Assembly (NCBI GenBank): GCA_051294375.1
Contig: CM119264.1
Location: 27,922,981 to 27,986,980, forward strand
Length of the DNA: 64,000 nt
DNA from: Paraspadella gotoi
Taxonomy: Eukaryota > Animalia > Chaetognatha
Direction of reading: 5' to 3'
Below the pieces are notes generated by a model, which was not told the DNA's origin, did no database searches, and was given only the letters and a program-made list of their open reading frames with translations. This document shows positions 38,431 through 50,685 of this stretch, one piece after another. Numbering within the stretch: position 1 is the stretch's first letter; every line of letters begins with the position of its first letter. Both the position numbers and the translations under genes were made by a program.

Positions 38431-38761
38431 GATAGAGAGAAAGAGATAGAGAGAGAAAGTAAGGGGTTCTCACTCTCTTACCGCAATAGAGAGAAATTTA
38501 GGTCCATACTCGTGGTTGGACAAGAAATAACCAGTGGAGGAAGTCAGTAGCACAAAACAACCCGATGTCTTCATTACTGTTTCCGTCGTTTCTGTTCCGA
38601 GAGAAAATTTATTTCGAAAATCGTTCACCGGCAGAATTCGATTACGTCGAAGTCTCAGGTTGAGAGAAAAAAAATTATATTTGGAATTGACGACCAGGAG
38701 ACAAAATAAATAACTCGTGTTCAATAGGTCGCGTTTTTTTATCTTTCTTTCTTTCTTTTTT

Positions 38762-38797
<36 letters not shown>

Positions 38798-38801
38798 TTT
38801 T

Positions 38802-38873
<72 letters not shown>

Positions 38874-38889
38874 TATTTCTTTCTTTATT

Positions 38890-38921
<32 letters not shown>

Positions 38922-41070
38922 TTTTCCTTTTTCTCTTTCTATCTTTCTTTCTTTCTTTATATCTTTTTTTCTTTATTTTTCTCTTTCTTTTTTTTCTTTC
39001 TTTTTTCCTTGTGANNNNNNNNNNNNNNNNNNNNNNNNNNNNNNNNNNNNNNNNNNNNNNNNNNNNNNNNNNNNNNNNNNNNNNNNNNNNNNNNNNNNNN
39101 NNNNNNNNNNNNNNNNNNNNNNNNNNNNNNNNNNNNNNNNNNNNNNNNNNNNNNNNNNNNNNNNNNNNNNNNNNNNNNNNNNNNNNNNNNNNNNNNNNNN
39201 NNNNNNNNNNNNNNNNNNNNNNNNNNNNNNNNNNNNNNNNNNNNNNNNNNNNNNNNNNNNNNNNNNNNNNNNNNNNNNNNNNNNNNNNNNNNNNNNNNNN
39301 NNNCAAAAAGCTTATTATATAGTTGTGTCTCGACGCGAATGAAAAAATTTTTCTCTTTCTTTTTTTTCTTTCTTTTTTCCTTGTGANNNNNNNNNNNNNN
39401 NNNNNNNNNNNNNNNNNNNNNNNNNNNNNNNNNNNNNNNNNNNNNNNNNNNNNNNNNNNNNNNNNNNNNNNNNNNNNNNNNNNNNNNNNNNNNNNNNNNN
39501 NNNNNNNNNNNNNNNNNNNNNNNNNNNNNNNNNNNNNNNNNNNNNNNNNNNNNNNNNNNNNNNNNNNNNNNNNNNNNNNNNNNNNNNNNNNNNNNNNNNN
39601 NNNNNNNNNNNNNNNNNNNNNNNNNNNNNNNNNNNNNNNNNNNNNNNNNNNNNNNNNNNNNNNNNNNNNNNNNNNNNNNNNNNNNNNNNNNNNNNNNNNN
39701 NNNNNNNNNNNNNNNNNNNNNNNNNNNNNNNNNNNNNNNNNNNNNNNNNNNNNNNNNNNNNNNNNNNNNNNNNNNNNNNNNNNNNNNNNNNNNNNCAAAA
39801 AGCTTATTATATAGTTGTGTCTCGACGCGAATGAAGAAAAAAAACGAAACAAGTCACCCTTCGTGAAAAAAAACAACCAAAAAGAACAAAAACCAGAAAA
39901 CAAAAACCAAAAAAAACAGGAGCGAAAAACGATGTTTCCTCCTCCCACTCGTTTTAGATAATTTTATTCCGACCGAAGCTGCGAAGGGAGAGAGAGAGGA
40001 CGCAGAGGAGAGAGAAGAGAGGAGAGAGAAGAGAGAGGAGAGAATACTAGAGAGACGAGAGAGGAGATTCCCTCGAGAGGAGAGACGACGACGAGAGAGA
40101 CGAGAGAGAGAGAAAAACAACTGTTTGTTTTTATCCCTTCGTACCCTTTGGGTTTTGCCTGAAAAAAAAATAGGAAATGTTTAAAAAAAAGGGCGAGAAT
40201 AAAAAGAGAGAGAGAGAAAAAGAAAGGTGAGGAAATGGAAAGAAAGAAAAGTAAGAAAGAGAAAGAAAGAGAAGGAATGAAAGAAAAAGAAAGAGGAAAT
40301 AAGAAAACAGGGCAAACCAAAAAAGAGTAAAAAATAAAAAACATAAAAAGAAAAAATAAAAAAAAAAAAAAAAACAAAAAATACAGAAAAAAAAAAAAAG
40401 AAAAAAATAAAAGAAAAAAAGAAAAAAAAATTTAGAAAAAAGGAAATAAAAAAAAAAAAAAAAAATAAAAAAAGAAAGAAAAGTAAAAGAAAATAAGAAA
40501 AAAAAAAAAAAATAAAAAGAAAGAAAAAAGTAAAAATAAAAGAAAAGAATAAAAAAGAAAAAAAAAAAACAAAACAAAAAAAGAAAAAAAAAAAAAAAAG
40601 AAAAAAAAAAAAAAGAAAAAAAGAAAGTAAACAAAAAAAAAAAACAAAAAAGAAGGAAAACTAAAAAAAAAAGAATAAAAAAATAAAATAAAAGAAAAGC
40701 AAAAAAAGAAAAAGAAAAAAAGAAATGAAAAAAAGAAAAAAAAAAAAAAATAAAGAAGAGAAAAAAAATAAAAAAGAAGAAAAAAAAAAATAAAAAACTA
40801 TAAAAAAAGAAAAAAAGGAAAGAAAAAAGAACAAAAAAAAAAAAGAATCAAAAAAAAAAAAAAAAAAGAAAAGAAGAACAAATAAAAAAAAAAAAGAAAT
40901 TAAAAACAAAAAAGTACAAAAGAAAAAGAAAAGAAAGAAGAATAAAAAAAAAAAAAAATAAAAGAACAAAAGAAGAAAATAAGAACATAAAAAAAAAAAA
41001 AGGAAAAAAAAAAAGAAAATAAAAAGAAAAAAATAAAATAAGAAATAAAGATAAGAAAAAGAGATAAAAA

Positions 41071-41104
<34 letters not shown>

Positions 41105-42029
41105 AACTAAAGAAAAAGAAACTCGAGCAGGTTGGATCCTCTGGACCTCAATTCACGGAAAAACGACGGCATCACTCTTGATTCTGGAGGAAAGAAAAAA
41201 AAGAGGAAAGAAGATAAAAAAAGGGAAAAAAAAGGAAAAAAGGGGAAAAAAAGAAAAAAGGAGGGTAACGGCAAAGAGAAAAAAAAATCAGGGTTCGTGT
41301 GAAGCAAAACCCGAGTTTTTTACATGTTGAGGATGAAGAAGAGGAAGAGGAAAAGGTGGAGGAAGTGGAAGTGGAGGAGGAAAAAGAAAAGGGGGAGGAA
41401 GTAGAAGTGGAAAAGAAGAGGAAAAGGGGGAGGAAGTGGAAGGGGAAAAGGAGGAGAAAAAGGAGAAGGAAGTGAAAGAGGAAAAGGAGGAGGAGGTGGA
41501 AAAGGAAGAGAAAGAAGAAAGGGAAGAAGAAAAGGAAGAGCAGTTAAAGAGAGAAGGAATAATGGGAGAGAGAGAAGAATAGAAAAGATTGATTGTTTAA
41601 TTGATTAATTTGATTTTTTTTTTAGAAAGAAGAAGGCAGAGATAATAGAGAATTGAGGGGAAATAAAAACGATGAAAGGAAAGAAATAGAAAGAGAAAAA
41701 AATTAAGGAAGATGAGAAAAAGGAGGAAAATAAAGGGGAAAAAAAGGAAAAGAAAAAAAAGGAAGAGAGAGAATCGGATCTTTCGCCTTCTGGTTCTGAT
41801 TTCCGGATCGACCTCCTTTTTTTTTTCCGGCGGCCCGACGTCGGAGACCCTTCCCCCCCTACCACCTCCCCCCTCCGCTCTCAGGTCCACCTCCCCCTTG
41901 TTCTTCTTACACCTTCCTCTTCCCCCCCCCCGTTGATGCCCCCTTCAGTTCAGCCAGCACGGAGGAAGACGATTCCCGGGAGAGAAATTATTTGGTGGAA
42001 TTCGCGTCGAATAACGAGAAGAACGTCGA

Positions 42030-42540
42030 GGGGATTGTGTCATTGAGACTGGGGGGAAGTGATAGTGAGAGGGGAGTTGTGATAGTGGGATGTGGGAAGT
42101 GAGAGGGGAGTTTTGATAGTGTGATAGGAGAGGAAGAGAGGGGGTTTGTGACAGTGAGAAGGGGAAAGTGAGAGTGATAGTGTGATAGTGTGACAAAGGA
42201 GGAAGAGAGGTGTTTGTGACAGTGAGAAGGTGAAAGTGAGAGGGGAGTTGTGACAGTGAGACTGGGGAGCTGATGAGAATTGTGTCATTGAGACGAGGGG
42301 GGTTGTGAGAGTGAGGATGAAGTTGTGATAGTGAAATGGTGGAAGAGAGAGTGGGGGGTTGTGACAGTGAGAATGGGGAGGAAAAGAAGGGATTGTGTCA
42401 TTGAGACGGGGGAAGTGAGAATGGGAGGGAGTTTTAGCAGTGATACGGGAGAAAGGAGGATGGAGGTTGTGACAGTGAGACCGGAAGGAGATGAGTAGCG
42501 TGACAGTGGAATAAGGAGAATTATTGTGTCAGTTAGATGA
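42030..42540. repeat. degenerate purine-rich minisatellite (gtgacagtgaga / gtgatagtg motif)
   Basis: More than ten recurrences of the ttgtga(c/t)agtgaga-like motif; second copy at about 59085-59585. Confidence 0.75.
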
Positions 42541-43927
42541 GAGAGATGGAGAAGGCGAGCTACGCCTACAGTCACTGAGATAAAAGCCAAAGATCAGATA
42601 TTTTAATAAGAGATAGAAATGGTGTTCATGTTATTGACATCAGTCGGAGATTCGTGTCAATCAATTGAGAGAGAGAAAAGAGAGAATAAATGTCCTTGAG
42701 AAGATAGAAGGTGATTGAGACAGAATCTAGATTATGTGTGAGGACATCAGAAAGAGAGGATCAGTAATGTATATAGCCTGTCCAGTGTTCAATATCAGTT
42801 GTAAGATAGCGTATTTATTGAATGAATGGATAATTGGTATATAAGTTGTACAAATTTCAAAGGTTATATTTAAAACGAGTGGCAAAGAAGCGGAAAAAAA
42901 ATGATGATAATAAAAAATAATGTCAGCGATTCTGGATTGAAAGGTTTCAAGCTATAACATTGAAGCTGGTACAACAAATAAAAAAAATTATTCATTCATT
43001 CAATGAATAAGGAATCACGACCCTATCTGAGGACAAGCTATGGTGCGTTAAATCCTTAGACTTAGTATTAGATCGGGGAATACTATACTGTACTTCCGTT
43101 AGCACCAAAATATAAGGAACTTATACAGCAACCAATATAAAAAATTTTGATTCATTTAATAAATAAGCTATCTTACCATTGTCTGTGGACAGGATTCGTA
43201 GTTATAGTTAAAGAGTTGGAAGCCTAAACCCAAGATAGACTGTCCCGTGTTCCAATTCAGTAACAAAATACATCGGTTTTACCGATTTCCTAGCAAATAG
43301 TTTTAAAAAGAAAAAAACAGACCCCATCATCTTTGTCTCAAATTTCTATCCGAGAGATAATTTTTTTTCCGAAGCGAGAATAAAGTTTTTCTTCCACGAA
43401 CTTCGATTAAAAATTTCTCACGATTTCATCACAAAAAAAAAGAAAAAGATCGCGGAAAATTTTTTTTTTTTTTTCATTCCATCTCCCCTTAAGTGTCGCG
43501 GCGTTGGAACGGAAGATCAACAAATCCGTCAAAGAAAAGGAAAGAGAAAAAAAAAAAAAGAGTTGAGGCGATCTTGTGGGGGGGGAGCGAAGGGGGGCGT
43601 GGAGGGGGGGGACTTGGGAGGGGGGGGGGAAGCGAAGCCCGAAATGTCGACAGGGATCGAAGGAGGGAAAAGGTGAGAACCATTTTACGGAAGGAAAAAC
43701 CTCAGTTAAGTTTGAAAAAGCGAGGAAAAAAGGGAGGTAAGAAAGGTAAGGAAAAGGTAAGTAAGGAAAAAGGAAAAGGGAGGTAAGGAAGGTAAGGAAA
43801 AGGTAAGTAAGGAAAAAAGGAAAGAGGAAGCTTGAAATTCGTTGAAAGAACTCAAGTCAACAAAGGAAAAAAAAGGACAGAGGGTCGGAATGATATTGAA
43901 TTAATTATTTTATATTGATTGACAGAC

Positions 43928-45404
43928 AGTGGAGATGGTCGAGATAAAATATGGCGAAAAAATGAGATGAATCGATTTATTAAAATCAGTAAAAGCGAAT
44001 GGAATGAATTGGCTAATTGTACAAAGTGGCATTCATTTTTATACGGCCGAGGAGAGAAAAAATTTGGTTTACATTTGTAAAGTAAAACAATTCTAAAAAT
44101 ACTTCCAAATAAGGTAACGTTTTGCGACCGGCGTTTGAACAGAGGGAGCAAAATATTTCTTAGCGGGCATTGGAATTTTTAAAGAATTCGGCCCGCGATT
44201 TTATTTACTTTCTTACTAATAATAATAATCAGGATTTCCACTCGGCCACGCCACCAAAGAAAGCAAATAACATGAGTATCAAAGTAAAGCAATTAAAAAA
44301 ATTAAATTAAAAAACGGCCACTTTCTAAAATAAAAGTACACATCACAGTAACTTCTTTTTTGGCCAGTTAAAGCTAAATAATGCGAAAAATATCAAAATG
44401 AAATTTAATAATTAATTTAGGAAAATACACCAGGTTAGCGTTGGTAAATCACACATGAAAATTCAAATTACGAAGTTCTGATTTATGAATCACGAAAGAC
44501 ATCCAGTTTGTGATGAAGTGATAAGCACCCATGAACACAGTGAACAGCACAAAACGATGAGCACACATTTAGACTTTGAAAAGAGCGATGACGAAGCATC
44601 GTACGCATGATCCTCTGTGGCGTAGAGAGGCATAACCAGGGCTATTTCTCCATACAGTACAAGGCCTGATACTGGATGCTGTTGCCCGACAAACGCAAAC
44701 ATGATCCACTGGTCTCAAAACATCTCCCATCTCAATCGCCGATCCACATGGCATTTTTGGCGTCCAAAACTTGCTCATTAGAACGTGACGCTGACGCTGC
44801 CCATAGATGATGAACTTTCATCGCAAAAAATTGATGTTGTTTTCAAGTTGGCAGAGACTTTAACGAAGCAGGAGAAACGTTCGTAGTCCAAATTTCGCAT
44901 ATCCACTCAGTGACACAAAAAAAAAAAAAAAAAAAACATTTTATTTGTCGTTTTGCGATGACGTTTTCTCATTTCTTCAAAAAGTCCCCAATGCCAAAAA
45001 GATTCATCTTTTGCCATTCTCAGACGCATCTTCTTTGTAGGTGTAATCCCACATATGAGGTGGGACCCACCGCTGCCATCAAGTGGAGATGGTCGAGATA
45101 AAAAATGGCGAACAAAATGAGATGAATCGATTTATTAAAATCAGAAAAGCGAATGGAAATCGAATTGTCTAATTTGTACAAAGTGCATTCATTTTTTATA
45201 CGGCGAGAGAGAGAAACAATTTGGTTTACATTTTGTAAAGTAAACAATTCTAAAAATACTTCCAAATAAGGTAACGTTTTTGCGCACCGGCGGTTTGAAC
45301 AGAGGGAGCAAAATATTTCTTTAGCGGGCATTGGAATTTTTAAAGAATCGGCCCGGCGATTTTATTTACTTTACTACTCAATAATAATAATCAGGATTTC
45401 CACT
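43928..45404 (-). mobile_element. non-autonomous LTR retroelement (TRIM-like, 1477 bp)
   Basis: Direct repeats 43928-44242 and 45082-45404 with inverted termini AGTGGA...TCCACT. TSD AGAC at 43924-43927 and 45405-45408. Empty site with a single AGAC at 61002-61005 in the duplicate region. On the minus strand each LTR has TATAAAAA followed by AATAAA, and the 5' LTR is followed directly by TGATGGCAGCGGTGGG (tRNA-Leu PBS). The 839-bp interior has no gag/pol-like ORF. Confidence 0.93.
45066..45081 (-). promoter_or_regulatory. primer binding site complementary to the 3' end of tRNA-Leu (AAG/TAG type)
   Basis: TGATGGCAGCGGTGGG abuts the 5' LTR. It matches 15/16 the complement of the mature metazoan tRNA-Leu end ...CCCACCGCUGCCACCA (sequence recalled from memory). 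Confidence 0.88.
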
Positions 45405-45832
45405 AGACAACAAACTATTTTCTTGATTTCGGTCAACTGATGAACACGTGATATTAGTAGTGATCATATTATGAGGTTTACTGTGAATAAAAATTTTTTT
45501 AATATTTTTCATCTTTTCAGTTTTCACATGTATTTTCTCAAGTATTTTTTTTTGGTATTTTCACACGTGTTTAGAATATTTTCCATTTAAATACTAATTA
45601 TGATCCCTGTGATTCCAATGACATTCACACACATAACCAAGATGTTCATCACACAATTCTCTTGACCTCAATTTCCCCAATTCCATGACAGATTCCAATT
45701 TTTTGTCTCTGATTTTTCCTTTTGTCTTTCGATTCACTCAAATTTGATTCCGTGAGAAATGACGCGTCTCTTTGCCGAAAAGAAAAAAAAAAAACTTCGC
45801 CTCGATTTATGAAAATGAGGTATGATTGAAAC

Positions 45833-45900
<68 letters not shown>

Positions 45901-47860
45901 ATCTATCTTCTTGAATATCTCTCTCTCTCTCTTTCTCTTTCCTTCTTTCCCCGATTTCCCCAGTCTCTCTCTTTTCCAACTTATCGCTCAGAATATCTCT
46001 CTCTCTCTCTCAGTCTCTATCTCTCTCTCTATCTTTCTTTCTGTCTCTTCTTTCTTCCAGATTTATGTGGACATAATCAACCTCTTCTTTTCCTTTTCGA
46101 CTCACCGTCGCCCGCGATGGTTCTAATGTTTCTTTTGCCCTTTTTTTCCATTTTGCCATTTTACCTTTTTGTCCTTTCGCCCTTTTTCGATTTTGCTCTT
46201 TAACCTTTTTGTCTTTTTGCCCTTTTTCCATTTTGCCCTTTACCTTTTTATCTTTTTGTCCTAATTACCCTAACGCCAATTTGTTTTTGAGTCTATTTGC
46301 CATTTTGACTTCTTGCCATTATTTCCTTTATGCCATTTGGTCTTCAAACCTGTTTTACCTGTTACCGTTTTACCCTTTTGCCTTAATGCACTTATTACCT
46401 TTTTGCCATTATGCCATTTTGCAATTTTGCCATTTTTGCCTATTTGCCCTTTGGTCCTTATTCCCATAGTTTCTTTTTACCCTCTTTTCAACTCACATTT
46501 TTGCTACAATACTGCTTGGCCCTTACGTCCTTAAGTAATTTTGCTCTTGAGCTCCTCTATCCCTTTTAGTTTATTCAAACAAAAAAAAGAATTAAATTGA
46601 ATTAGAATATTTAATAATCTTTTCAAAAATTAAACGATTGTAACCGGAAAAATCGGCATAAAATCCGTTAGTCACGTAGACAAAAAAAAAANNNNNNNNN
46701 NNNNNNNNNNNNNNNNCCCCTTCCTTTCTCGGCCTCTCTTCTCTCTCACTCCCTCCTATCTCTAGCATCCTTTCTTCACTCTCTCTCTATCATCAAAATC
46801 ATCGACTCCTGCCTGTCTCTCTCTCATAGCCTCTCTCTCCTTTTTAACCCTTCCACCAATAATCCTCGTCTCACTCCGTGGGTCATAGGGCGACCTCTAT
46901 CTCACCGACAAGGAGAGGCGAAAGTTGAGCCTAATGCGAACGTTTACCGACAGCGAGCTTGGGTGCCGGACGGAATTCGTGGCTGGTTCGGGGGGAACGG
47001 GCAAGCCCTTCTTTTTCAAACCAATACCGTTAGAAAAATTTAATTTACCAAAACGCATGAGAATTCCTTCCATTTATTATTCCTTTCCTATTTTCCCGCT
47101 TCATCTCTCTCGTCTCTCGGTCATCTCTCTGCGCGCGTACGCATCTCATTCAATCTGAGCAGAGACTGAAGCCTCGAGAGACGCATCGAGTGACTGCATC
47201 TCTCGAAGATCGTCAGAGAAGCAAGCTAACAGAGAGAGAGTCATCGAGAGAACGGCATCGACTCGCATGACGAGAGAGAGAGTAGAGAAGAGATGAGACC
47301 GCGTATTCAGTCATCTCATCTCAGCCTAAAAGAATAAAGAGAAAAAAATAAAAGGAAAATATGTTAAATCACAAATAATAGTATAAAAGGATAAATTCGT
47401 TTTTATAACGTTTTAATCTTTTGACTTTTTTTTTATAAAAAAAAAAAAATAAAACAAATCGATAAAAAAGATGAGAAAAAAACCAAAACTTAAAGTATTT
47501 AAGTTTTAACATATATTTTTTTGTTTGGTCTAGTCTATTATAAAAAACGACTCAATAGTTAATTATACAAAAAGACTCGATAGTCAATACAGCTTAGTAT
47601 TTCCAAAAAGATTCATGACAATGATAAATAGGGTACATGAGACAATGAGCGTGTGTGATTACGATAATTTAACAAGAGAAATAATGATGTGAGAGCGTGA
47701 GAAAAAAGTGGAGAAGAAAGACTGTCACATCAGAGTGTGAATAAAGAAATCAGATAGTGAAGGGAACGTGTGAAGTCGGATTGTGAAGATAGGGCGTGAG
47801 AGAGACGCATGAGGGTGAAGTGGCAATTGTGTGAAACGGAAGATTGAAAAAATTAAAACA

Positions 47861-47963
<103 letters not shown>

Positions 47964-48254
47964 CTACTTTATTCGTCGGAAATTTGACAAGTTGAGAATC
48001 TAAAAGGAGACACTAAAATGTTTTTCGTTATTATCGAAGTAATTGGATTTTTCTACAATATCATTTTTAGCCTAATCTCGGTTTTTGTCTCTTACACAAG
48101 AGGGTAATTAATTATACGTAAATGAGTCGTAATGACAAGGCTACGTAAATTATATTTAACCCTTAGTCCTCTTTTCGTAGTTTTTTTACCTTTGTAGTTG
48201 CAACAAATATAAAATTATCCATTAAATCAGTAAATAGATCCTATTGTAGTTGCA

Positions 48255-48345
<91 letters not shown>

Positions 48346-48771
48346 CAATAGATCCTATTGTAGTTGCAACAAATATAAAATTATCCATTAAATCAGTTAA
48401 TAGATCCTATTGCCCATTATTTTGGACAGGCTAAGCTTAATATTGCCTATGGTAGAATAGGGACTCCATCCCAATAACAGATTATAACTTAGTATATTAC
48501 TTTTGAAAAGTAAATCATTAAATTATTAAAATAGTGTTAATTAAAGTAAATCATGACCGTGCGAAACAATTTTCGACGACGACGAGCCAGGTAAACCACA
48601 ATCAAAACAAACAAAAAAATAAAGAGAGAAACTTTTGGGCCAATTTTTTTTTTCAGAGGGAAAAAGGAAAAGTTGGAAGCAAAAAAAATCAGCGGCAAAG
48701 CGAAAAGGCAACCTAGAATCGAAATCGTGCAGAGCTTCATAAAACTCCCATGCAATCTCACCTTGGATCTG

Positions 48772-48812
<41 letters not shown>

Positions 48813-50274
48813 TGAGAGAGAGAGGAGGGAGAGAGAGGAGAGAGAGAAGAGAGGAGAGAGAGAGAGGAAAGAAAAAGTGACAAGTACAGAAATTCCAAAG
48901 TCAACGAGGCAAATACTTTTCTGTGACCTTGTCGTGAGAGAAATAGAGTAAGTTCTAAAGAAGCGTACTTATGAAAGAAGCTCAGACACTTTGTCTCTCT
49001 CTCTCTCTGTCTCACTCTCTCTTCTGCCTCCCTCTCCCTCTCCTCTCTCGCGATTTGTGTTTCGGCCTTCGTATAAGTGCATGAACAAGGATGAATCGCG
49101 GGTTGTCGGTTCGAGATTAAATCTGGCCAACGGTTCGCAAGAATGGGCAGATTAAAGTCATTATGGGAACCTTTTGATCGCGGGGGACCTGGACCGGCGT
49201 TAGGGTGAATGAGAGGTTGGGAAGTGGGGAGGTGAGAGAGAGAGAGAGAAGCAGGAGACGAGGATGGAGAGAGAGGCAGAGAGGCGAGAGATGAGATCTG
49301 AGAGGGAGACTGGGAGAGAGAGAGAGAATCGCTGCCTCGATTTCGGTGCGATAAAAAAGAGAGCAAACGAGTTGGCCGTTGCCATTAGGAGGAGAAAAAG
49401 AAGGAAAGGGAAACTGAGGGAGAAAGAAAAAGAAAAAAAAAAGAGGGTGGGGGAGAAAAAACAAAATGGAGGAAAAGAAAAGGAAAAAGGAAAAGAATAG
49501 AGAAAGGGAGGAAAGAAGAGGAAAATAGACAATGCGGGGAAAGACCTCAATAACAGGGAGAGTGAAAAATGAGAAAGAAGAAAAAATAAGTGTTTTAAAA
49601 CCGCCGAGCGTTTGTTAGAACATTGATGCGGGTGAGTTGCCGGTAACATACCTTCTTGGGCTGGACTGGGTTTTGATCAAATCAATGAATTAGGCAATTC
49701 TGCGCCACGAAATTGGGCGAAGGAAATATACGTATTAATGTATTTTTGGGCTCAGAAAATAGTTTGAGGTTCTTTTGTCACAACGTTTAACGAATTCTTG
49801 AATCATTAATTAAAGGTAACACAAGTTGCATCTTTTAGCTTACGTCTTCATAAGGAGTACACTTGTACTGTAATACACAATACGGACAGACATGCTAACT
49901 GAAAGAGGTTTTAGTGTATCTTTGTTCGCTGCGGTTTTAAAGAAAAGTAATCCACTTTAGTTTAATCTTAGGCTAATTTTGGATAAGAGAATTGTTTCGC
50001 TTTCGACGAAGAAAATCAATTATCTGTTAACAAAGTCTCGAGTTGAGCGGGACTGAGATGTTAAAAAGAAAAGTTAGAAGATAAATATAATTCAAGAAAG
50101 AAAAGTTTTAATGATTATACAAACAGAAGAAAAAGAAAAGTTTCTTGATATAAGTTCGAGAGAAGTCAAAAAAGTGTTTGGCAGGAGTTAAATATAAAAA
50201 AAAGAAATGTTGAAGGAAGTAAGGAAGCCAAAAAGAACTTAAATAGAAGTACGATAAAAAAAGAGAAGGTGAAT

Positions 50275-50685
50275 GAAGTTTTAGAGAAGTAAGAGAGAAC
50301 TCAAATAAACGTTTAATAGAAAAAAATGAGAAGTTGAATGAAGTTGTCTAGAGAGGTAAGAGAGAAATCAAAGAAAAGTTTATTAAAAAAAAAGAGAAGC
50401 TGAATGAAGTTGTCTAGAGAAGTAAGAGAGAAATCAAAGAAACGTTTAATAGAAAAAAAAGAGAAGTTGAATGAAAATGTCTAGAGAAGTAAGAGAAAAA
50501 TCAAAGAAAAGTTTAATAGAAAAAAAAGAGAAGTTGAATGAAGTTGTCTAGAGAAGTAAGAGATAAATCAAAGAAAAGTTTAATAGAAAAAAAAGTATAA
50601 TGAAGTTGTCTAGAGAAGTAAAAGAGAAATCAAAGAAAAGTTTAATAAAAAAAAGAGAAGTTGAATGAAGTTGTCTAGAGAAGTT
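50275..50685. repeat. minisatellite, unit about 66 bp, about 6 copies
   Basis: gaagttgtctagagaagtaagagagaaatcaaagaaaagtttaatagaaaaaaaagagaagttgaat; ctagag recurs about every 62-67 bp from 50348 to 50674. Confidence 0.88.

Noticed and set aside
38470-39948. 492-aa ORF and other X-filled ORFs
   Set aside because: Open only because they cross N gaps and (AAAG)n repeats.
40330-41100. Long A-rich block (and T-rich block at 37330-37560)
   Set aside because: The A-rich block is absent from the duplicate copy, and both resemble low-quality long-read sequence through a simple repeat.
44238-44255. A complete tRNA gene
   Set aside because: Only the first 18 nt resemble tRNA-Leu; no anticodon arm, T arm or acceptor 3' strand follows.
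44490-44778. Short ORFs inside the LTR element
   Set aside because: About 70 aa, non-ATG or weak starts, no gag, protease, RT or integrase motifs.
50275-50685. Regularly spaced repeats as a CRISPR array
   Set aside because: Whole units repeat with no unique spacers, the context is eukaryotic and there are no cas genes.
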